Origin: Macrostomum lignano
Lineage: Eukaryota
DNA: 64,000 nucleotides
Direction of reading: 5' to 3'
Assembly: GCA_002269645.1 (NCBI GenBank)
Contig: NIVC01000307.1
Coordinates: 401,585-465,584 of the forward strand
Part shown: in pieces, positions 11,816 to 25,500 of the stretch
How positions within the stretch are numbered: the stretch's first letter is position 1
How the letters are laid out: every line of letters begins with the position of its first letter
Translations under genes and position numbers: made by a program
The notes under the pieces: generated by a model
The model's database searches: none
Seen by the model: only the letters and a program-made list of their open reading frames with translations
What the model was told of the DNA's origin: nothing

Positions 11816-12340
11816 GAGTTCGTTTTGTTTAAAGCAACGGAATTCGAGTTGAAAAAGAATACGTACTCAATCAATTCAGTTTGTTTTCCGCATACAGTTG
11901 AGAACAACAATTAGTTCTATTCTACATTTGAAACACAGTAGTCGGTAAATGCTCATTGTAGTTTTTTGTTATAAATAATCAGTTAAGGTTTATACTATAC
12001 GAGCTATGCGTAATTTTTTTGAAAAGTACACTTATTTACGTTTCAAAAAAGATTTGCGGAATATTTACTTTAAAAATAATATCAGTTATCAGGTATCAAT
12101 GATCATATACAATTGTACAATTCAATTAGCACATTAAGGCATGATGCTCTTGCGGCGGGGGCTGAAATTCGAAATGCGATTAGGCTAGCTGTAATTTTTT
12201 TAGACCTTTAGGCATTGTGGAATGCAGTTTTTCTAGATAAAAATGTGCTTTAAAATGTCCCTAACTAGTAGTATATGTAGCTTGGTTAAAATTTCCAATG
12301 AGTTTTTAATACAGGTAATTAGATGGATACCGTAAACAGA

Positions 12341-12732
<392 letters not shown>

Positions 12733-13015
12733 CAGAGGTGCAAAAATTCAAGCCAGCTAAAAGTCTACCATGAGCTGTTTTTCTAACAGAAACAGACATT
12801 TTCTTACCGGTTATTTTTGCCGACTGCCTCTCGAAGTTAAAGCCGACTTTAGCGCTGAAATGTTTTTTGACAATCATAATTAATCATTTGGTTTTCAGCT
12901 CAAAATTTACTAGTTCTATTCCCCACTGAGAAGCCATAGCAACTAATAACTAAATTTTTCTAAGAAATCGTCTTCACTCGCACCACTCCTTCAACCAATC
13001 AAATCGAATTCTCAC

Positions 13016-16000
13016 CTTTCTTTTCGCTCCGCCTCCAGTTTTCCTCTTTTTCGGATCGATGGCGGTCATCTTGGGAAATTTGGTCTTGATGAAATCCGCG
13101 ACCTTCGGAGCGCCCCAGTTCTGAGCCACTTCGTGAATCATTTGGCCTGTGAAAAAATGCATAACGAAGAAAATTGGGATCAAAGTATTATAAAACTAAT
13201 TTCTCTTTATCTGAATCTCCGTCAACGCCAAATTATACAATTCGATGTATGTGACGCAACTTGGAAGCCTCGGGCATAACTTGAAAGCTTCTGACACAAC
13301 TTGAAAGCCTTTGAACAACTTGAAGCTTCTGACACAAATTGGAAGCTTCTGACACAACCTCCAAGCTTCTGACACAAATTGGAAGCTTCTGACACAACCT
13401 CCAAGCTTCTGACACAAATTGGAAGCTTCTGACACAACTTGACAGCTTCTGACACAACTTGACAGCTTCTGACACAACTTGACAGCTTCTGACACAAATT
13501 GGAAGCTTCTGACACAACTTGACAGCTTCTGACACAACTTGACAGCTTCTGACACAACTTGACAGCTTCTGACACAGATTGGAAGCTTCTGACACAACCT
13601 CCAAGCTTCTGACTCAACTTGGATTTTTATGATACAACTTAAAAGTTTCTGACACAACTTAAAAGTTTCTGACACAACTTAAAAGTTTCTGACACAACTT
13701 GAAAGCTTCTGACACAACTTGGAAGCTTCTGACACAACTTGGATGCTGCTGAAACAACTTGGAAGCTTCTGATACAACTTGAAAGCTTCTGACACAACTT
13801 AAAAGCTTCTGACACAACTTTAAAGCTTCTGACACAACTTTAAAGCTTCTGACACAACTTGAAGCCTCGGACACAACTTGAAAGCTTCTGACACAACTTG
13901 GATTCTTAGGATAAAACTTAAAAGTTTCTGACGCAACTAACGCTTCTGACGCCTCTAAATTCTGACACAAAAAACTCACCCATCTTATTCTCAACCGAAG
14001 CCTTGGCTCCGTACTTCAGCAGCAGGTCGACCAGCTGCAGATTAGCAGTTTCAATCGCTCTCAGCAGCGGTGTGGAGCCGTTCAACGCCACAGCCTCGGT
14101 TGGGGCGCCGCTCTTCAGCAGCAACTCCGCCATCTCCAGGTGGCCGGCGTGGCAGGCGTGGTGTAGCGGCGTCCATTTGAAGTTGTCGCGGGCGGCGACG
14201 TCTGCTCTGTTGGGGTATTTATGAGGTGGCTTGAAGGAAGGTAAGATGGGATGCAGAAGTTCCACAAGGGATTTCTGTCTTGTCAAGGGCGTAGCCAGGA
14301 TTGTTTTATTGAATTATCTTAGCTTTAGAATTCACTATACTATAAACTCTAGGCTCAATGTATAGATTCTAATAAAGGATCATTTTAGTAGACTCTAAGA
14401 GGATCAATCTATAGACTCTAGTAGATCAACCTATAGACTCTAGAGGATCAATCTATAGACTCTAGAGGATCAATCTATAGACTCTAGAGGATCAATCTAT
14501 AGACTCTAAGAGGATCAGTTTATATATTCGAGAGGATCAATCTATAGACTCTAGTGGACCAATCTATAGACTCTAGTAGATCAACCTATAGACTCTAGAG
14601 GATCAATCTATAGACTCTAGAGGATCAATCTATAGACTCTAGAGGATCAATCTATAGACTCTAAGAGGATCAGTTTATATATTCGAGAGGATCAATCTAT
14701 AGACTCTAGTGGACCAATCTATAGACTCTAGTAGATCAACCTATAGACTCTAGAGGATCAATCTATAGACTCTAGAGGATCAATCTATAGACTCTAGAGG
14801 ATCAATCTATAGACTCTAGAGGATCAATCTATAGACTCTAAGAGGATCAGTTTATATATTCGAGAGGATCAATCTATAGACTCTAGTGGACCAATCTATA
14901 GACTCTAGTAGATCAACCTATAGACTCTAGAGGATCAATCTATAGACTCTAGAGGATCAATCCATAGACTCTAGAGGATCAATCTATAGACTCTAGAGAA
15001 TCATTCCTAAAAGATCCCTAGACAAGGATTGCAACAAAGAACTCACCCAGCCTCCAGCAGAAACTTGGCCACATCAATATTCCCATAGTGAGCAGCCACC
15101 ATCAGGGGCGTCTTGCTCAACTTGTCAGCCACCTCCGTGCCGTAGCCTTTGCGCAAGGCCAGCCGTATCGATTCCACATCGCCATGTTTGGCGCAGTCGT
15201 TTAAATTGACGAAACTTTTGGCTAATCGAGTTGAATACCAGACAGAGTCGTCTTGCAGTTTTCTGCTCGCCTGCGGTCTCGACAGCTCAGCCTGCTTCTC
15301 CAGCTGGTAGAGCTCCGGCATTCGCTGCAGTTGCTGCTCTTCAAAGCGCTGCTGATGCTGCTGGGTGTCCGTCAGGCTGACCGCACGGGGCACGTACATC
15401 ACTGGTGGGGCGCCGTACGCGGGTCTCATCACCTGACGTGTAGTTTGATACAAAGATTGATTTTGACTTGGCTAGCACCTTTTTACTTGAATTTTGGCCC
15501 CTGTACAGCTTTGATTTTGGCGTCTGTCTAGCTTTGACTTTGGTGCCTGTACAGCTTTGATTTTGGCGTCTGTCTAGCTTTGATTTTAGCGCCTGTCTAG
15601 CTTTAATTTTAGCGCCTGCCTAGCTTTGGTTTTAGCGCCTGTCTAGCATTGGTTTTAGCACCTGTCTAGCTTTGGTTTTGGCGTCTGTCTAGCTTTGATT
15701 TTGGCGCCTGTACAGCTTTGGTTTTGGCGTCTGTCTAGCTTTGATTTTGGCGCCTGTACAGCTTTGGTTTTGGCGTCTGTCTAGCTTTGATTTTGGCGCC
15801 TGTACAGCTTTGGTTTTGGCGTCTGTCTAGCTTTGATTTTGGCGCCTGTACAGCTTTGGTTTTGGCGTCTGTCTAGCTTTGATTTTGGCGCCTGTACAGC
15901 TTTGATTTTGGCGCCTGTACAGCTTTGGTTTTGGCGTCTGTCTAGCTTTGATTTTGGCGCCTGTACAGCTTTGGTTTTGGCGTCTGTCTAGCTTTGATTT

Positions 16001-19000
16001 TGGCGCCTGTACAGCTTTGGTTTTGGCGTCTGTCTAGCTTTGATTTTGGCGCCTGTACAGCTTTGGTTTTGGCGTCTGTCTAGCTTTGATTTTGGCGCCT
16101 GTACAGCTTTGGTTTTGGCGCCTGTCTAGCATTGATTTTGGCGCCTGTCTAGCTTTGATTTTGGCGCCTGTCTAGCTTTGATTTTGGCGCCTGTCTAGCT
16201 TTGATTTTGTCGCCTGTCTAGCTTTGATTTTGTCGCCTGTCTAGCTTTGACTTTGGCACCTGTCTAGCTTTGACTTTAGCGCCTGTCTAACTTTGATTTT
16301 AGCGCCTGTCTAGCATTGGTTTTAGCGCCTGTCTAGCATTGGTTTTAGCGCCTGTCTAGCTTTGGTTTTAGCGCCTGTCTAGCATTGGTTTTAGCGCCTG
16401 TCTAGCTTTGGTTTTGGCGTCTGTCTAACTTTGATTTTAGCGCCTGTCTAGCTTTGGTTTTAGCGCCTGTCTAGCTTTGGTTTTAGCGCCTGTCTAGCAT
16501 TGATTTTGGCGCCTGTCTAGCTTTGATTTTGGCGCCTGTCTAGCTTTGATTTTGGCGCCTGTCTAGCTTTGATTTTGGCGCCTGTCTAGCTTTGATTTTG
16601 GCGCCTGTCTAGCTTTGATTTTGGCGCCTGTCTAGCTTTGATTTTGGCGCCTGTCTAGCTTTGACTTTGGCACCTGTCTAGCTTTGACTTTAGCGCCTGT
16701 CTAGCTTTGGTTTTAGCGCCTGTCTAGCTTTGGTTTTGGCGCCTGTACAGCTTTGGTTTTGGCGTCTGTCTAGCTTTGATTTTAGCGCCTGTCTAGCATT
16801 GGTTTTAGCGCCTGTCTAGCTTTGGTTTTGGCGTCTGTCTAACTTTGATTTTAGCGCCTGTCTAGCTTTGGTTTTAGCGCCTGTCTAGCTTTGGTTTTAG
16901 CGCCTGTCTAGCATTGATTTTGGCGCCTGTCTAGCTTTGATTTTGGCGCCTGTCTAGCTTTGATTTTGGCGCCTGTCTAGCTTTGATTTTGGCGCCTGTC
17001 TAGCTTTGATTTTGGCGCCTGTCTAGCTTTGATTTTGGCGCCTGTCTAGCTTTGATTTTGGCGCCTGTCTAGCTTTGACTTTGGCACCTGTCTAGCTTTG
17101 ACTTTAGCGCCTGTCTAGCTTTGGTTTTAGCGCCTGTCTAGCTTTGGTTTCAGCGCCTGTCTAGCATTGATTTTGGCGCCTGTCTAGCTTTGATTTTATC
17201 GCCTGTCTAGCTTTGATTTTGGCGCCTGTATAGCTTTAACTTTAGCGTCTGTCTAGCTTCTCAAGATTATCCAAGGTCCATAAACGGCGCCAAGCTTCGC
17301 TCAACTCACCTGCTCGTCCGGAAGCACGCAGATCTCGAACGGATATTTCGCTTTCTTCTTTCGCCGACCGCCGCCTTTGCCTTTCTTGGCTCGCTTCTTT
17401 TTCGGCTCGAAAGCCGCAGCCAAGTAGAGCTTGCCAATGTACTTTTTGCCCAACAGGAAGTCTTTGTAATCGAACGAGCCGTTCTTGGTTTTGTCGTACA
17501 ACGGTCCGAGTTTTTTGTCGCAATCCGGAGTCCAAGGAGCGCCCATGATGCCAAGCACTTGGACGAAATCTTCGCGAGCCACCTGCCCAGTGGACTCGGG
17601 ATCGAATTCGGTTACTAAGCGAGTTTTCAGCTCCTCGCCTCGCGCCAGAGTCCAGTCGTAGAGGGTCAGAGCCCACAGCTCGTTGTTTTTAGCGCGCGGT
17701 TTGCCGCTCATCCGTTCGGCACGGCGAACCTCCTTCGTGCACGCTTTGGAGACCTTCGTGGGGCGTGGGGCGTGTGATCGAGTTTGGCTGTGCACCTGTA
17801 AGAGTGCTTTTGGCTGCTTATTGCTGTGGGAGAGTGGAGTGAGCGCACTATGCTTTGTGTTGAGATTATTCGTCTTGAAGTTTGCCTTCAAGGTGTGTGT
17901 TGAGCTGTCTCGAAGGACTATATCTCGAAGGGCTGTATATTCAACGGCTGTGGCTTCAAGTGTCTGTGTCTTCAAGGGCTGTGGCTTCAAGTGTCTGTGT
18001 CTTCAAGGGCTGTGGCTTCAAGTGTCTGTGTCTTCAAGGGCTGTGGCTTCAAGTGTCTGTGTCTTCAAGGGCTGTGGCTTCAAGTGTCTGTGTCTTCAAG
18101 GGCTGTGGCTTCAAGTGTCTGTGTCTTCAAGTGTCTGTGTCTCTAAGAGCTGTGTCTTCAAGTGTCTGTGTCTCTAATGGCTGTGGTGTCTCCAAGGGCT
18201 GTGGTGTCTCTAATGGCTGTGGTGTCTCCAAGGGCTGTGGTGTCTCCAAGGGCTGTGGTGTCTCCAAGGGCTGTGGTGTCTCCAAGGGCTGTGGTGTCTC
18301 CAAGGGCTGTGATGTCTCCAAGGGCTGTGGTGTCTCTAATGGCTGTGGTGTCTCCAAGGGCTGTGGTGTCTCCAAGGGCTGTGGTGTCTCCAAGGGCTGT
18401 GGTGTCTCCAAGGGCTGTGATGTCTCCAAGGGCTGTGGTGTCTCCAAGGGCTGTGGTGTCTCCAAGGGCTGTGGTGTCTCCAAGGGCTGTGGTGTCTCCA
18501 AGGGCTGTGGTGTCTCCAAGGGCTGTGGTGTCTCCAAGGGCTGTGGTGTCTCCAAGGGCTGTGGTGTCTCCAAGGGCTGTGGTGTCTCCAAGGGCTGTGG
18601 TGTCTCCAAGGGCTGTGGTGTCTCCAAGGGCTGTGGTGTCTCTAAGGGCTGTGGTGTCTCCAAGGGCTGTGGTGTCTCCAAGGGCTGTGGTGTCTCCAAG
18701 GGCTGTGGTGTCTCCAAGGGCTGTGGTGTCTCCAAGGGCTGTGGTGTCTCCAAGGGCTGTGGTGTCTCCAAGGGCTGTGGTGTCTCTAAGGGCTGTTTTT
18801 AAGTACTGAGTTTTCAAACGCCGCATTCTCGAGCAATGCCTCACCTTGGCCTCCTTAGCCAGCAGTCTCAAGGTTTTCCCGTCGGCATTCTTGACCTTGG
18901 CGGCGCTGGTGCCTCTCTGGCCGAGGAATTTCACGCAGCCGGCGTGCCCGGCCGCCGTCGCCAGATGAATGGCGCCGTTCTGCTTGGCGTCGAGTCGATC

Positions 19001-22000
19001 AAAATCGGCGCCGAAAGCGGACAGTCGAAACAGGCAGCCGAGATGGCCGGCTCTGGCCGCGTGGTGCGCCGGGGTGCCGCCCTGCCGGTCCGCGCTGTTC
19101 GGGTCAGCGCCTCGGAGCAGCGCCGCCAGCACCACCTCGTCTGAGCCGCTGGCGCACGCCGCCATCAGGGCGGTGCGACGGGTGCCCACCTGTTTGGGTG
19201 TTTTTGAAGTGGGGAATCGGGTATTCTATAGCTATCATACACCTGATGATCCCACACCTGGTGATCCCACACCATATGAACCCCATACCCCATGATCCCA
19301 CACCTGATGATCCCACACCGATGATCCCACACCTATGATCCCAACCCTTTGATCTCACACCCTATGAACCCACAACTGATGATCTCACACCCTACATGAT
19401 CCCACGACCTATGATCCCACACCATATGACCCCACACCCTATGATCCCACACCCTATTATCCCACACGATTATGATCCCAACACTCTATGATCCCACACC
19501 CTGTGGTATCATGCCTAGCGATCCTGAACCACAAGACGCATCCCAGCCCCTGAGGCCAGACCTGAGCCACCTCCGCCATCGCTCCAGCCTCCAGTAGCCG
19601 CTTGCACGCCTCCGGATTGTCGGCGGCCACCTCGCAGGCGGCGAAGAAGGCCGTTCGACCGTCCTTAGCTGGCCAGTTGACGTCTGCGTCGTTCTCGAGT
19701 GCCAGCGCCAGGCACTTGGCGTGCTCTTCGCTGGGCTCCAAGCAGTAAAACAAAATGCCTGACGCGTTATGTACGAGAAGTCACGGTTGCATCGGGGCCA
19801 TTGCATTCGCTTGTAATGAACAATTTATTATTTGTACCGGTATTTGAAAGCTCAATTTTGTTCAGGCGCCCACCAAGAGACAGGGGCGCCCACCAAGAGA
19901 CAAGGTGCGCCCACCAAGAGACAGGGGGCGCCCAACAAGAGACAGGGGGCGCCCACCAAGAGACAGGGGCGCCCACCAAGAGACAGGGGCGCCCACCAAG
20001 AGACAGGGTGCGCCCATCAAGAGACAGGGTGCGCCCACCAAGAGACAGGGTGCGCCCACCAAGAGACAGGGGCGCCCACCAAGAGACAAGGTGCGCCCAC
20101 CAAGAGACAGGGGGCGCCCAACAAGAGACAGGGTGCGCCCACCAAGAGACAGGGGCGCCCACCAAGAGACAGGGGCGCCCACCAAGAGACAGGGTGCGCC
20201 CACCAAGAGACAGGGTGCGCCCACCAAGAGACAGGGGCGCCCACCAAGAGACAGAGGGCGCCGACCAAGAGATATTGGCGCCTCTTAGGTATTTGGTCCC
20301 CTCTAATTGAAGTACAGTGTGTTCTTTAAAAACTGAATTTCCTGAAGGGTTCATAAATTTTGTAGTTCAAATACCATGTGGGATGTGAGAATATAATAAT
20401 ACTTACAGATGTCGAATTTTCACCGAAAAATTGATGGTGATAATAGTGACAGTAGTAGTATAAGTGCGTGATTATTTAAAATCGCATTGTTTTTATTATT
20501 ATAAAACATTTATTAAAATCAGAGAACTGATTGTTGATCATAAACTGGGAGGGTTAGAAATGATGCTGATTTTTTTACTTGTTTGGCACCAGCTTCCGAA
20601 GCTACGGCTGAAAAGGGGGGGTTAGGGATGATCGTCTCGTTGAGGTTTTGTTCCTCATCAGTGAGCACTGCTCAAAGGAGCGGCGACAGATGAAGGAGAG
20701 AAACTGGGAGATTGCGAAGCACCTCAAATCCCAAAAGCGCTGAACACATTTAATTTACAAAGGCAGTTAAAAATGTCCCCATAAAATTTGTGCATGACAA
20801 TATTTAGGATTGTAAATAACTTTGTCAGGATGATAAACTGGGACAGAGGGGTAGAGGGAGGGAGTCGGAGAATGGGAGAGGAGAGACGTGAAGAGAAACG
20901 AGGAGAGGGAGAAGGGAGGGAGTGGAGAAGAAAAGAGGGGGAGAGAAGGAGGGAGGGGAGGAAAAGGGGAGAGAAGGAGAGGGAGAAGGGAGGAGAAGGG
21001 TCGAGAAGGAGAGGGAGAAGGGAGGAGAAGGGTCGAGAAGGAGAGGGAGAAGGGAGGAGAAGGAGAGAGAAGGAGAGGGAGAAGGGAGGAGAAGGAGAGA
21101 GAAGGAGAGGGAGAAGGGAGGAGAAGGAGAGAGAAGGAGAGGGAGAAGGGAGGAGAAGGAGAGAGAAGGAGAGGGAGAAGGGAGGAGAAGGAGAGAGAAG
21201 GAGAGGGAGAAGGGAGGAGAAGGAGAGAGAAGGAGAGGGAGAAGGGAGGAGAAGGAGAGAGAAGGAGAGGGAGAAGGGAGGAGAAGGAGAGAGAAGGAGA
21301 GGGAGAAGGGAGGAGAAGGGGAAAGAAGGAGAGGGAGAAGGAAGGAGAATGGGAGAGAAGGAGAGGGAGAAGAGAGGAGAAGGGGAGAGAAGGAGAGAGA
21401 GAGATGGTGGAGAAGGGGAGAGAAGGAGAGAGAGAGAGATGGTGGAGAAAGTGGAGAGTGAAGGAGATGAAGAGAAGGGAAGAGAGAAGGGGAGAGAAAG
21501 AGAGTGAAGAAGAGGGAAGGGAGGAGAAGAGGAGGGAGAGAGCTGAGAGACCGGAGAGTGAAAGAGAGGGGAGGAGGGAGGGGAAGAGAATGGGAGAGGA
21601 GAGACAGGGAGATAGGGGAGGCAGCAAGCAAGAGTGCTATTGGTATACTAGCATGTTTCTCGATCTCTTTCTGTCTCACTCACTTTTCCCTTCGTTGTCG
21701 CTGGCGCGCATGTTGGCGCCCGCCTCAATTAGAGCGGCCAGCGCGCCGTCCAGGCCTCGCTCGGCCGCCCGCATGGCCGGCGTCACCCCGGCGAGGTCGC
21801 CGAAATCCGGCAGGGCGCCCATCGACTTGGTGAGGAACTGCGGGAGCAAATATCATTTTTTAAATCTAGAAAATTTATATGGGCAAACATTTTTTAATTT
21901 CACTTTAAATCCAATCACTTTCCCTCGCTCAAATGAAATGGCGCCACAACACACCCCAAATGAAATGGCGCCACAACACACCTCAAATGAAATGGCGCCA

Positions 22001-22597
22001 CAGCACACCTCAAATTAAATGGCGCCACAGCACACCTCAAATTAAATGGCGCCACAACACACCTCAAATTAAATGGCGCCACAACACACCTCAAATGAAA
22101 TGGCGCCACAACACACCCCAAATCAAAAGGCGCCACACCACACCTCAAGTTAAATGGCGCCACACCTCAAATGAAATGGCGCCACAACACACCTCAAATA
22201 AAATGGCGCCAGACCTCAACTGAAAAGGCCCAGCCACCAAAAAGCATTACCAGCCTCAATGAAAAATCCTGGCTTACGCCCGCTGGGATTGGGACACATG
22301 CGACACCAATTGACTTCTTACCATCAGCATGTGTCGCAACTAAGTATTCGCTTAAAATATACCCTATATTAGGAGTGTATTCATAGAGTTGCTAGGCCTC
22401 ACCTTAATCATATCGATGTCATTCTCTTTAACCGCAATAATCAATGCAGTCTCGCCTTCGTACGGCTCGCCATAATTAACCAAATATGGTATGCCGCACT
22501 GCACCAGCTTGTCAATCTGTGCTTTGCTGCGCTCCCGAACGCACTGGATCAGCTTGCACACCTGTAGCGAGCCAAGCCTGTCCTTAGCGACTGGCAT
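13016..22597 (-). CDS. ANKEF1: Ankyrin repeat and EF-hand domain protein 1, at least 8 exons; terminal exon uncertain
   Basis: Exons 22597-22403, 21837-21684, 19758-19562, 19189-18845, (17795 or 17753)-17310, 15432-15047, 14206-13980, 13146-13016, all GT-AG and phase-compatible. N-terminus MPVAKDRLGSLQVCKLIQCV, EGKSILFYCL, KEVRRAER, LWALTLYDW and LQDDSVWY match ANKEF1 as recalled. Confidence 0.9.
13225..13960. repeat. 20/21-bp minisatellite (gcttctgacacaacttgaca) in ANKEF1 intron 7
   Basis: Direct reading. Confidence 0.95.
14380..15000. repeat. 22-bp minisatellite (ctatagactctagaggatcaat) with higher-order structure, ANKEF1 intron 6
   Basis: The variant unit cagtttatatattcg recurs at 14516, 14671 and 14848. 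Confidence 0.95.
15490..17250. repeat. 23-bp minisatellite (tagctttgattttggcgcctgtc), ANKEF1 intron 5
   Basis: Direct reading, ~75 units. Confidence 0.95.
17935..18795. repeat. Compound array in ANKEF1 intron 4: 31-bp units, then 18-bp (ctccaagggctgtggtgt)n
   Basis: 31-bp period at 17971/18002; 18-bp period from ~18165. Confidence 0.95.
19230..19505. repeat. ~15-bp degenerate minisatellite (atgatcccacacct), ANKEF1 intron 3
   Basis: Direct reading. Confidence 0.9.
19865..20280. repeat. 19-21-bp minisatellite (gcgcccaccaagagacaggg), ANKEF1 intron 2
   Basis: Direct reading. Confidence 0.95.
20845..21620. repeat. Polypurine (GA) tract with a 32-bp periodic core, ANKEF1 intron 2
   Basis: Unit aggagagagaaggagagggagaagggaggaga repeated over ~21050-21320. 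Confidence 0.95.
21930..22215. repeat. 27-bp minisatellite (aatgaaatggcgccacaacacacctca), ANKEF1 intron 1
   Basis: Direct reading, ~10 units. Confidence 0.95.
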
Positions 22598-25500
22598 CTC
22601 TGATTAAATAAGATTATCTGCAATAAATATTTTATTACGAGTAAATTATTAGAAATTATTTACCTGGAGTATTTGTTTCGAAAAAATATGTTTAATCAAT
22701 CTTATTTCTGATGCTTAGTACACTTTAACAATTAAAGCCTTAAAAATTCCTGAATTTAATTTAATATAACTTGAAGATATACTTGCACAAAAGCAAAAGT
22801 AGGAATAATATCTAAAAAATATGCTTAAATAATATTGATTGCTTCTAATTTAATTATTATTGGACTGATTTACTGATCGCTTTCCTTATAAATTAGCTAA
22901 CTTTTATCAAAATCCATAGCAGATGACAATTAGACACCAAGTAAAATCATATCAACTAATACGAGTCTATTTGAATTTTTTAAGTCATCATTATTGTTCA
23001 ACCAATGAATAAAAAACAACTAAGCTAATGACTTTAAACAAGCATTATTTTATGTGCATATTGACAATTTTATATTTTTATATTTCAATACTTTACCTTT
23101 TAAGTGACAAAAATTATTATGCAATTTGCAAGAAAGAGAGTATTGAAGAGAAGCTCCTCCAAATAATAATATTGAGCTATACGTTTAAAAGCCTTACTAC
23201 ATTCGTGTCAAATAATCGCCAGACAAGCGTCATAGATACATACAATATTAAAACAATTTACAAAATATAAACTGTATCAAACTATTATATTTTCAAACAA
23301 ACTGCCAACTTATAAATTAATTTTAATACCATTTTATACTTAGCACTCACAGACAGACTTTCCGCCTCAGTAAAAATAAAAAGCGTCGTACGCTAGTGAT
23401 CTGCAGAAAGCAAATGTATATTATAGATGCATAAATACCTCGAAGTTTGATTCTTCGCGGACTGGTAACGACGTAAGGTAAATGTGCATGGAAAACTCAG
23501 GCTTTGAATCGGTAGTAATTCTTGTAGTCCATAGATTATGTAGCTCGTATTTCTCTGACTTTGTTGACCCATTTAATCATTTTTTTCTCTTACAAAAATA
23601 GTTTATTTGGTTTTCCGTTTTTAGTTCTTGGAATTTTTTTCTTTTGCCTTTGGTATAGCAAACCTGCCAAAGGAGTGTGACGTAGTCGTATAGTACAAGT
23701 CAGTGGATAGTTTCATAAAGAACGTATTATTAATTGATATAGACAATAAATAATAAAAAGGACGTATTTGGAGCGTTTTATTGCTTTGCTTTTGTCAACG
23801 ATATTAAAAGACTAAATGTGCTTGTACAAGTATCAAGACATCTAAATTGTAATGTAACTTTTAAAGAGAAGAGTAATTGAATTCGCCTTTGCTTTGCTTG
23901 CTGCAATATTATTGTTGCTACAATGCACACTATTAAAGAAATTGCCCCATGTTGATCTTTTCATTTTTTGCGTGCAATTAAAACGTTAAGAGTTGTTGTG
24001 GAAAAGTGGGTGGAGCATTGTTTTTCAAGCGTTTTGCATTTAATTCACTGTGTTTTTGGGCCTATAAGGGTCGTTCTCAAAGCTAGGTCACAACTTTTTG
24101 TTATTGCAAAAAAAGTTTATGCATCGACCAATAATCGTACAAAAAAAATTCTTTCGACAATTTCTGTAAGAAGCTGCTACTAAAACCACAAGAAAACTTG
24201 AAATTGAGAAGAAATCAAGGCTATTTGTTATTCTTTGTTGCGGAAAATAAACGACAAAAATATTAAAGAGAAAATAAAATTTTCTTCCATTTTTATTTTA
24301 AATATGCAGTTAAATTTCTTTTGCAAAAATAAAAGAACAAGAAATTGACAAAGGAAATGTTTTTGAGCACAGCATTTTGTTACTCTGCTCTAAATCCCAG
24401 ACATTTAAAATTATCGTGTTGTAAAATAAGTTTCTTGAAGTCCAATAATTCAAAGAATCGCCTTATTTTCGTTGTGATGACAGATGAATGAACGAATGCG
24501 TTCTTGGCTTGTGGGTGCAATGCGCCTTAATTCATTTTCATTAAATATTTGTATTCGTATCTGAACAATCTATGTAGTCAAAGTAATTAATATATATTCT
24601 AAATAATGTCTTTATCTATTATTGAATTAAAACTGGATCGACTGGAACTCTGGAACGGCTATGCAACCCTACGACTACAACTACTACAGCGCACAGAAGA
24701 TTAACACCAAAAAGCGCATTCGCGTTTGAAATACGATAGGAATTAGCATACAGTAAAACAATAGTAGTAAAGTACGTACAGTAAGAATCGCGGAAATAGT
24801 TCTCATAACTACTAACTAAACAACAACACAATAATATTTAAGAATGCCGGACACATCATAAAAAGTGCGGAGATTTAATTGATACATAAAAATACTTTAC
24901 AGTGTGCGAAAAAGTGCGAAATTATTATAGCATGCACTCGAAAGAACTTCGATCAGTTTAACTAATCACTGAATTAAGAAGTCTAAATAAGTCTTGAAAG
25001 GTTGAATTAAAAATCAAGTTTTCACTATGTATCTTTTCAAAGGCAAGATGATTCGACAAATAAAGAATGTTCATTTTTACCTTGAATAGAATTGTTCATT
25101 TTTACATTAAATATAATAAAATCTAACTAATAATAGAAAAAGTCAGGGAACTATCCTTGAACACCAAAAAGCACATTGTGGATTTAATATCGACTGCATG
25201 TTCCTTAATAAAGGAATTCGGATACTAGTATATATTTGATTATTTGTAGCATAATTTCTGAAAACTATAACTTGCTTGATTTTACTTTAAGTACTCATTA
25301 CATTAATACTTATACCAAAGCTACATGTACTTAAAATAAAAAATTATAGTTACTTATTAGACGTTTTACTCCAATTAACTTATAATAATTCAAATTTATT
25401 TTAATTAATTCATTTTTTGAAACTTTTTGGAAAATAGACAAAATTGAATTATTTAATTACCAAAAACCTACTAGCTTAACTAAAATAGCAATTAGTCTTT

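Noticed and set aside
17882-18809. SKGCGV, ETPQPL and LGDTTA repeat ORFs
   Set aside because: Produced by an 18-bp intronic array; the true exon ends at 18845.
20767-22018. Arg/Glu/Gly-rich and Ser/Leu/Pro-rich ORFs
   Set aside because: Translations of a GA tract in ANKEF1 intron 2.
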